Assembly: GCA_022813865.1 (NCBI GenBank)
Contig: JALDZX010000006.1
Span: 664,522 to 684,521, forward strand
Direction of reading: 5' to 3'
DNA: 20,000 nucleotides
Origin: Xylographa opegraphella
Taxonomy: Eukaryota
Below, piece by piece: positions 12,357 through 20,000 of the stretch (position 1 is the first letter of the stretch; every line of letters begins with the position of its first letter). Both the position numbers and the translations under genes were made by a program. The notes below the pieces were generated by a model. The model saw nothing but the letters and a program-made list of their open reading frames with translations, did not search any database and had not been told where the DNA came from.

Positions 12357-12800
12357 CGTCGCGCGCGTTGTCAATGTTTGGCAGCCACCACTTTTACTGC
12401 CAGATCCGAACGGCTGGTCTCGTGGAGATAATCCCGTACTGGTTGCTGCCATGTTCAAATTTAGAACAGCGGCCTTGGGCGTTGTCGAGCCCGCATCCGT
12501 ACCCGTCAGATCCATATATTAATGTGCCCGCGCCCTACGTACACCAAAGCCCCCAGGCTCTCCACGGCAGTCCCTGTGTATACTGTTCCTTGATCGGTCG
12601 CGTCGACTCCCATCGAAGCCAGCTGGTCAGGCTTTGATATACTCTCTCTTCATCTGATACCCCGTCTCCGGATTCGTGGTCGACTCGCCCGCCCCGCCAC
12701 CGTCAGACCTGTGCTCTTCGTCGGTTCGTGCATTTTAACAGCATATATATATACCCCACTGCCACATCGTGCTCCATCGGAAATCGTGTCATCGATTGTC

Positions 12801-14892
12801 ATGTCGAACAAAGAGTCCCGCAAGACCACCGCCGTGGTCGCTCCCAAATCCACCCCGCCCAGACCGACGCCCACTCTCAACACCAACACCGGCACCGGCA
12901 CCGGCACCAAGATGCATAAGCGATCGCGATCAGGTGAGCCGCCCGCGCCCCCCCTCGCCCATCTCGGGCATGCCGGCCGTAGTGCTAATGTAGCGCGCAG
13001 GTTGTTTTACATGTCGGCTGCGGAGGAAGAAATGCGACGAAGGATCGCCGCAGTGCAAGGCATGCAAGCACCTCGGCCTGAAGTGCGAATACAAGCGGCC
13101 GGTGTGGTGGAGCAATAACGAGCAGCGGAAGGCGCAAAAGGAAACGATCAAGAACATCATCAAGCGCACGAAGCTGTCCGAGAAGACCAGCCAAGCACCC
13201 GCCGCCCCCGGGGTCGAGTCGCCTCCGGCGCTGTCGCATTCGCTACCGACTTCCGCGACGTACTCGGATGTCAACGCCCGCACGCGCGCCGTGTCGGTGG
13301 ACTCGCAGTACTCGCTCGAGTATGACTTCAATCAGCCGCCGGTGCAAGAGCCCTTCGACCTCTACCATCCGCAGGTCTTTACGCCTCAAATCGAATCACA
13401 CTTACACTATCAGCCGTACCCATCCACGCCGTACGAAGTGGACATCAAGACCGAGCGTCAAATGTTCGTGAACGATGTCCCTACCCGTCGAGACTCGTCG
13501 ATCTCGACCTTCAGCACCTTCCAACCGCCTCCATCCCATGATAGCTTCCCGCCCTTGCCGGAGGATGCGTGGGTTCAAGAAGACATTTACGAGGCCCACG
13601 GTCACCTTTTCAGCCCTCCCGAAGAAGGTCTCGACTTCAATTTCTTTGACTTCTCGCACGGTCCGCCTCACCCTTCCCATCAATCGGTCATCCGTGTCGA
13701 TGACTGCGATCGGCCGCTCTTGGATCATTTCATCGACAATGTCCTCCGTCTGATCTTTCCCATTCTGGAGGTCAATCAGCATGGTTCGGCGAGGTCCGAA
13801 GTCATCCTTCCCGCACTCGAGTCCAATAAATGCTACCTACACTGCTGTCTGAGTATCGCGGCCATCCACCTCAAGTCAACCCAGGGTATACAGGGCGAAC
13901 AGATCGATAGCGACATCATGCGGCATCGCTATGCCACAATCTCGGAACTATGCGAGGCTCTCAACCGCGACACGGACCACCTCCAAATTTTGGAGGCAAC
14001 ATTAGGCATGATATTCTTCCAATGTTCTGTTGGCCGACCAGACGACTGTCTACCCGACATCCCGTGGCATCAGCACTTCCAAGCTGCGACGAGTCTTGTG
14101 CGGAAGCTGGAGTTACCCGATACTTTTGCGCATGGCAATAGCTCGCAAATGCACCCACCGTTCAATATGACTTTGACATCATGGATCGATATCTTGGGCG
14201 CCACCATGCTCGGAAGGGCTCCACAGTTTGCGAATACGTACAGGGACAAACATTTGAGCGCATCGACCTCGGGATTGTGTGAGCTGATGGGATGTGAAGA
14301 CCGCATGATGTACTTGATATCAGAGATCGCTTGTTTGGAGGCATTGAAGCTCGGAAACGTGCTGGACGACATGCAGCTGTGCGAGCATATCAAACTTCTT
14401 GGGCAGCAGATGGATTTGACGGAACCAGCCCCGGGAGCAGTGGATCTGCCGTATTCTTCCACTGGCGCGATCCGGCCAAAGCAACTGTCACGTAACATGA
14501 CCGCAATGTTCCGCGTGGCGGCACGGATCTGGCTATGCAGCCTTGTGCCAGGTTCAAGCAAATATGATCAGTCTATGATGGACCTGGTTGCACGATTTGC
14601 TGCACTTTTCGAATTCATCCCCTCTGGACCCGACGGATTTGATCGTTCTTTGGTGTGGCCATTGTTGATTGGAGGAGCCCACAGCACCGACTCATCCGCA
14701 TTCCGCCACGTTTTCGCGGACAGGATAGTGTGCCTCGGGGAACAGGCAGAGTTCGGGAGCTTCGGCCGGATGGTGCGTCTGCTTCAGGAAGTCTGGCGTC
14801 AATCCGACGAAGAAAGTAAGATGGGGGAACGACAGAACGTCCACTGGCGGGACGTGATGCGGCAAAAGGGCTGGGACTTCCTACTGATATAA
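12801..14892 (+). CDS. pro1: Pro1/ADV-1/NosA-RosA family Zn(II)2Cys6 developmental transcription factor, 674 aa
   Basis: Exon 1 is 12801-12933, intron 12934-13000 (GTGAGC..GCTAAT..GCAG), exon 2 is 13001-14892. Splicing gives [44 protein letters not shown] (six Cys). Family-typical segments: YEVDIKTERQMFVNDVPTRRDSSISTFST, CYLHCCLSIAA, DDCLPDIPWHQHFQAA, GFDRSLVWPLLIGG, and C-terminal VHWRDVMRQKGWDFLLI. Confidence 0.93.
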
Positions 14893-15368
14893 TCAATCTT
14901 GATGATTGCTTCGGCTGGTAGTCATATTTCCCACAATAATGAGCGCATCCTGGTCTGTCGGCTTTGACCTCGTTTCCGAAACTCGCTGCTTGTGGGTTCG
15001 AGTGGACATTGATGAGGATATTATGAAAAGATGGGAGCATTGGGAGCACTGGAGGCGTAAAGGGAGAACTGCATGGAAGCCATCGATATGGGTTGGCTGC
15101 GAACAAGATATGATCACGACCGGTGTCTCAGGGAGATTTTAGATCGGGAGTGGAGTTTAGGCTTGGGATGGAGGACGTAACATTCCCTCCTCGGCCTTCT
15201 TTGATACACGGTCCGTAAGATACGTTGACCAAGTTTTCAGACCATCTGGAGAGCAATTCCTCCGAGGCAGAGCCAGATGCTGGCCACCACTTTGTACATA
15301 CAAACGACATGGTCTCCACCTGCTGCAAAGGCCTTTGCGCCGAAGCAGTAAACATTGTTTAACGACAC

Positions 15369-15497
15369 TAAATAAATAATTAATTAATTGAATAATTAAA
15401 TGAATAATTAAATGATCAAATATCTAAACAGTCAAAACTTGAAAAATCCCAAAATCCCAAAATACCAAAATCAAATGATCAAATGATCAAATGATCA
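15369..15497 (+). repeat. A-rich compound short tandem repeat island
   Basis: GAATAATTAAAT x2 (15390-15413), AAAATCCC x2 plus AAAATACC (15443-15466), CAAATGAT x3 (15472-15495). Confidence 0.8.
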
Positions 15498-15908
15498 GTT
15501 GAAAAGTCGCAACTCAATGATAGTATGCCTCGGACAACCGACGTCACTATGCTACCGTTGACCACACTCGCATGGCCCCAGGAACAGCTGTTGGGGAAGA
15601 TTGGATCAGCGTGCTTGCAGAATCACTACGTCAGCCCACAAGCTTGAGGTGTACATGATCCGAAATCCTCAAAATAGTTGAGGGCGAATGATTCGATTTT
15701 GTTCGAGCCGCAAGACATGACCAAGATCCCCCCACCTTGGCAAAAAGGTTTGACGGAGTATATCTTCAGGCTCGGCCCCGAACCTACGTATGTCCGAGCG
15801 GGTTTCCCAACTCCTATACATTGTTATCCTGCGCGGCCATCGCGATTCCGAGCGCCGACGCCTCCAGGCTGGAAACCAGCTGGCCTACTCATGGCCCGTC
15901 CCGCACGA

Positions 15909-15916
15909 TATAAAAG
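15909..15916 (+). promoter_or_regulatory. TATA box of the MDR oxidoreductase gene
   Basis: TATAAAAG in GC-rich context, about 150 nt upstream of ATG 16063, followed by a pyrimidine-rich leader. Confidence 0.55.
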
Positions 15917-16062
15917 GGCGTCGAATCCACCTCGGCGGACCATCAGGCTACTTCGCGGCGTCCCCACCGAAGCCTCAAGTTCCGGTATAATTGCCTGACC
16001 TCCTTCAAGCAAGTAATCGACACCATTCCTTCCTGCTCCCTAGAGGCTTGTCCTCATCTACG

Positions 16063-16995
16063 ATGGCAGCAACCACCATGCACGCCGCCCGAGTCCTTTC
16101 ATGGGGCTCCGCCCCGCAATACACCTCCGTCCCCTTTCCCGCCCCTCCATCCGACCCCTCCCTCGTCCAGCTCAAAGTCCTCGCCGCGGGCCTCCACCGC
16201 GTCGTTCGCTCTCGGGCCAGCGGTACACACTACTCCGGCGGCACGCTCCCCCACAACGTGGGCATCGATGGCGTTGGCATCACGCCAGAGGGACAAGAAG
16301 TGTACTTCGCCACCATCGCCGCTGACGGAGGTTCCTACAGCGACACGGTGACCGTGCCGAAAGAGGACATCGCGCCTTTGCCCGTCGGCGCGGACCGGAT
16401 CAAGATCGCCGCGCTGGTGAACCCAGGGCTCTCATCGTGGATGGCGCTGCGGTGCCGCTGTGAAATTCTGCCCGAGGGCTTCGGCCTGCTGATCTTGGGC
16501 GTCACGTCCGCGTCCGGCCGGCTCGCGGTGCAGGTGGCGCGGGCGATGGGGGCGGGGCGGGTGGTGGGCGTGGCGCGGGACGTGTGTGAGATGGAGGCAT
16601 TGGGGCTTGATGGAATGGTGCAGCTGCAGGGGCCAGGCGAGACCGACTGGAAAGGTGTCGGTGGGGTAGATGTCGTGTTGGATTATGTCTATGGGCCACC
16701 GACGGTAGAATATTTGAAGACTCTGGGGCGTGGGAGGCGGGTCCAGTATGTGCATATTGGGAGCCTGGCGGGGGAGTTGGACATCATGCTGCCGGGAGCG
16801 GTGCTGCGGTCCACGGATCTGACGATGAGAGGGTCCGGGCAGGGGAGCTTTGGCGGGAGGGAATTACGACGGGAAGTGCCGGGCCTGCTGGAAGCGATCG
16901 GGAAGTTCAGCGAGGAGAAGATTCGGGTGCGTGAAATGAAAGACGTGGAGAAGGTTTGGGGGGAGAGTGGCGATAGAGTTGTGTTCGTGCCTTGA
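16063..16995 (+). CDS. MDR superfamily (GroES-like + Rossmann) NADPH:quinone oxidoreductase-like protein, 310 aa, intronless
   Basis: MAATTMHAARVLSWG..VQLKVLAAGLHRVVRSRASGTHYS..LPHNVGIDGVG, AALVNPGLSSWMAL, nucleotide-binding LILGVTSASGRLAVQVARAMGAGRVVGVAR, VDVVLDYVYG, ending RVVFVP. No Zn-ADH cysteine/GHE set is visible. The first in-frame ATG is 16063 (alternative 16078), and the track start at 15991 is a TTG. Confidence 0.88.
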   Translation: MAATTMHAARVLSWGSAPQYTSVPFPAPPSDPSLVQLKVLAAGLHRVVRSRASGTHYSGGTLPHNVGIDGVGITPEGQEVYFATIAADGGSYSDTVTVPKEDIAPLPVGADRIKIAALVNPGLSSWMALRCRCEILPEGFGLLILGVTSASGRLAVQVARAMGAGRVVGVARDVCEMEALGLDGMVQLQGPGETDWKGVGGVDVVLDYVYGPPTVEYLKTLGRGRRVQYVHIGSLAGELDIMLPGAVLRSTDLTMRGSGQGSFGGRELRREVPGLLEAIGKFSEEKIRVREMKDVEKVWGESGDRVVFVP

Positions 16996-17576
16996 GTGGA
17001 CACTTTCACACAACAAATGTGAATGTTATCGACGTCGTTCGATGTTACCACAACATGTGTATGGATTCATTTTCAAGGAGAATTGCAATTTGGACACCAA
17101 TATCCCTACCATTTCAACACCCAGCTGGTCACAAGCGGCATGTTGGAGCGCAATGTTCGATATTAGTCATGTTTGAATGCAGCAGTACTATCAATCACGA
17201 GCGTCACTGTAGGTAGCTCATCATCCAGGCTCCCCCGCAGTCGTTTGCGCTTTGGTGAACGAGACCTTTCTTAAGAGCTCGAGGTTCTTGAACGCCATCT
17301 ATGACCATCATTTCCAAGCAATACCAGCCCCCAAATAGTATCGCCGGTAAGAGATATCTCATAAAGAAGTCTTCCACCGGAGACATGTTATTCACAGTAA
17401 CCAGGTGATCTAGCGTGAGGGGACCTCTCGTTCAAATATGCAGCGTTGTGGAAAGCCAAGACCCCTGGAGCTAAACTTGAATAGGAAATAAAGTACACAT
17501 CGGAGCGGAAATACTGCATTACTAGCGGCCGAAGTTCGATTTGCACCCCTTTATCCTTAAAATAGTTACGCTGCAA

Positions 17577-17860
17577 AAATGATTTAACGTAAAATAAGTT
17601 TTCGTTATATATACAGCCTAATATAATTATAAAATTTAAAAAAGTATTAATATTTACAGTTGTACTGTATATATTACACTTTAAATTATAATGGGATAAA
17701 ATAGTAAAATTACTGTATTATTATTGAAATAACTCGAGTTTATATCAAAATATTTAAAAAAAAAATATTTTTTAAATAAAAAAAACGTTATATATTATCG
17801 CGTTAATTTACGCTAAATTTTATTTTAAATATTATTTAAAAATAATATTTAATTGCTTTA
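17577..17860. repeat. Highly AT-rich degenerate repeat relic (RIP-like)
   Basis: Abrupt GC drop at about 17577, TA-rich, and residual C/G often as CG. The original element cannot be identified. Confidence 0.7.
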
Positions 17861-18454
17861 GAAGAGTTCCTCGGTTCGTGCACGGCCCCAGTGAATGCAC
17901 GCGTAGTACTTAAGAACTTGACAGTAGTCAACCTGCTGTAACTCCACCGATATGAGTCCAATTAAAGAAGCGCTAGAAGAATTAAAGTCGCAGGAGCACC
18001 CCCATTACACTGATACTGCTAAAGCTTTTGGGGTAAATCGAACTACGCTTTGATGGCGCCATAGAGGCCTAATTGCCTCGAGAGGGGTAAACATCGATGG
18101 ATCGAGGCTACTCACGAACCAGTAGAAGAAAACCCTTACTAAGTATATTAATAAGCTTATACAGCGAGGCTTCCCTCCTACTCCTGCTATGGTTCGAAAT
18201 TTTGCTAAAGATATCGATGGAATTCAGCCGGCAAAGAACTGGCTTTCTCGCTATGTAAAACGGAACAGAGAGAAGCTCGACTTGGGGTACCAACTAGGCT
18301 TTAATTTAAGCCGGAAGAAAGCAGATAATATTTATATATATAAACTTTATTTTGACAAGGTTAATAGTCCAGATTGGCACTGTTTTTATATTTATATATA
18401 GCAGATTGCTTCAAAAATGGCCCAATACGACATACTCCCCCAAAATACCTATAA
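17861..18454 (+). mobile_element. 5' part of a Fot1/pogo-type (Tc1/mariner superfamily) DNA transposon, inactivated
   Basis: Follows a TA at 17859-17860. TIR-like imperfect 17-nt-period direct repeat CCTCGGTTCGTGCACG (17869-17884) / CCCCAGTGAATGCACG (17886-17901). Transposase frame starts at ATG 17952. The exact left end is uncertain. Confidence 0.8.
17952..18454 (+). pseudogene. Fot1/pogo transposase pseudogene (HTH + CENP-B-type HTH; truncated before the DDE domain)
   Basis: MSPIKEALEELKSQEHPHYTDTAKAFGVNRTTL*WRHRG..LLTNQ*KKTLTKYINKLIQRGFPPTPAMVRNFAKDI..KNWLSRYVKRN..SRKKADN..YKLYFDK[18360-18404]IASKMAQYDILPQNTYN. In-frame stops: TGA 18051 and TAG 18123 (likely CAG>TAG). It ends where the family motif NMDEKGF is expected. 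Confidence 0.88.
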
Positions 18455-18638
18455 TGTTACGGCTCATCAACTCACCACACAAGCACGCCTAGAACGTAAG
18501 CTTTAGGTGGACGATTTCAACCCAGATTANNNNNNNNNNNNNNNNNNNNNNNCTCCATGGGCGAGACTATATACTAAAGGTGCTAGTCCTGATCCAGCCC
18601 GACCCCTATTACCTGTGACTGATGTCATAGCCGTCACA
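18455..18638. mobile_element. LTR-like sequence (TG...CA), interrupted by an assembly gap
   Basis: Starts TGTTACGGCT (18455-18464) exactly where transposase similarity stops. Ends AGCCGTCACA (18629-18638), a 9/10 terminal inverted match, just before GC content collapses. Flanks TATAA / GTATT are not a target-site duplication. Confidence 0.7.
18530..18552. other. Assembly gap (23 N)
   Basis: Run of N. True length unknown. Confidence 0.99.
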
Positions 18639-20000
18639 GTATTAAATGTATTAAATACGCAAAAAATATATTTTTTGATCGATTTGTAAAGTTTTGAATT
18701 TTAAACATGATTTCTTTTTGTTAATATTATAAACAAATTACGTTTTAAATAAAATTCGCAGATTTAGCAATTAATATTTTAATAATAAATTCAATACAAA
18801 ACTTTCGTTAATTTTTAATTTTTTTATTAATATTATTTATTTTTATTTTTAATCGATTTAACAAAAATACTCGCGAAAGTAATATAAAAACTTGCTATAA
18901 ATTTCGTTATAAATTTTAAATAATTTACGCAATTTACGCAATTTATAAAAGAAATTCGCGAAAATTTTCGTATTTTCGTATTTATAATAAAGCAGATTTG
19001 CGGTTTTTAATTAAAATTTCAAAATTTTTAAAGATTTCAAAAATTATGTTAAACTGTCACAAGTAGTTTAATTATATTGAAAATATAAAAAATATTTTAG
19101 TATAAAAACTCGCAAGTTATTATATAAAAAAACTCAATCATTAAACAATCATTACATATTATCAAGCGATATACATAAATTAGCGTTTTATATTAAATAT
19201 AATAATATAATAAATTATAAAAAAAGCTTAACGTTCTCGCTGATATTATATGTAAATAAATTCTTTTCCCGTTTTTAATTAATTTCAAATTATAATTTTA
19301 TAAATTATTCGATTACTTTAATTTTTTTTGTATTAATTTCACGACGTTATTTAGCTAAGAAATTATCATTTATTAAATAAATTATAAATTATATATTTTT
19401 ATTATATTAGATATCGTATTAATTTAATAAATATAACTTTTTTTATTAATAATTCTGTTTAACTCGTAATTTTTATAAAATTTAATATTTTCGTTAACGT
19501 ATATTAAAAATAAATTAACAAAGCGATTTTATTTACATATTTTATTTTTTAACGACAGCGATTTAAATATTATGATTAATATTATAAAAGAATTTTTTAA
19601 ATCGTAAAACGATTTAATTTATATTTTTTTATTACTCGAAATGGATTTAGAGATTATAAATTATAAATTTTTATATATTATTAATAAAATAGCATACCCT
19701 TTATATAATTATAATAATATTTAAATTTCGACTTTAAAAAATATTAAAAAATATTTAATATCGTAACAATATTTTATAAATATTAATATTTATATTAACG
19801 CGTTTTAAATCCCGATTTTCGCGCTAAATAATTTAAATGATATTTTAATTTTTATTTTTTAAGTTTATTAATTTATTCAAAATAAAATTATAAAAAATTA
19901 TTAAAAGGTTTTTCGATAAAAAATGGAATTATATTATCAATTTCACTTTAAATTTCAAATAGTATTAACGATCAAGCTGTATTATTTAATATTATATTAA
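18639..20000. repeat. Extremely AT-rich (~15% GC) RIP-like degenerate repeat block
   Basis: No ORF in the track lies within it apart from the tail of 18507-18689. About 107 C in 18661-20000 by hand count. Continues beyond the window. Confidence 0.8.

Noticed and set aside
10364..12637. Overlapping 65-169 aa ORFs in the SAM-PH/pro1 intergenic region
   Set aside because: Present in several frames on both strands, as expected in GC-rich DNA. No domain motifs or coherent exon structure.
9247..12800. Pro1 autoregulatory site (GGCGCTTA) and Ste12/PP-1 site (TGAAACA)
   Set aside because: No exact match found by eye, only partial ones.
12888..12908. ACCGGC tandem repeat
   Set aside because: Encodes the low-complexity TGTGTGT linker of Pro1.
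17204..17576. Two adjacent ~62-aa minus-strand ORFs abutting the AT block (possible truncated gene)
   Set aside because: Non-ATG starts, different frames and no recognisable family. A relic cannot be excluded without a homology search.
18639..20000. Mitochondrial insertion, contaminant or centromere call for the AT-rich block, and TGTCACA at 19055 as another LTR start
   Set aside because: No recognisable organellar gene, and the context fits mutated repeats. Centromere status cannot be read from sequence. TGTCACA has no visible partner end.

Overview
Filamentous ascomycete (Pezizomycotina) nuclear DNA at a gene-rich/AT-rich boundary. Positions 1-17575 hold four protein-coding genes, rebuilt by hand with GT-AG introns: a DDX60-like Ski2-family RNA helicase (minus strand, 6 exons, runs off the left edge), a SAM+PH domain protein (minus, 3 exons, first coding exon probably just ATG), a Pro1/ADV-1/NosA-family Zn(II)2Cys6 transcription factor (plus, 2 exons) divergent across a ~3.5 kb motif-rich intergenic region, and an intronless MDR-family oxidoreductase. 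From ~17577 the window is a transposon graveyard: a very AT-rich relic, a mutated Fot1/pogo-type transposase remnant with an apparent 45-nt intron, an LTR-like insertion spanning an assembly gap, and a ~15% GC block whose surviving cytosines are strongly enriched in CpG. I cannot demonstrate a new biological system. The best leads are the CpG-sparing mutation signature, the fungal DDX60-like helicase near pro1, and the nested, intron-bearing transposon.
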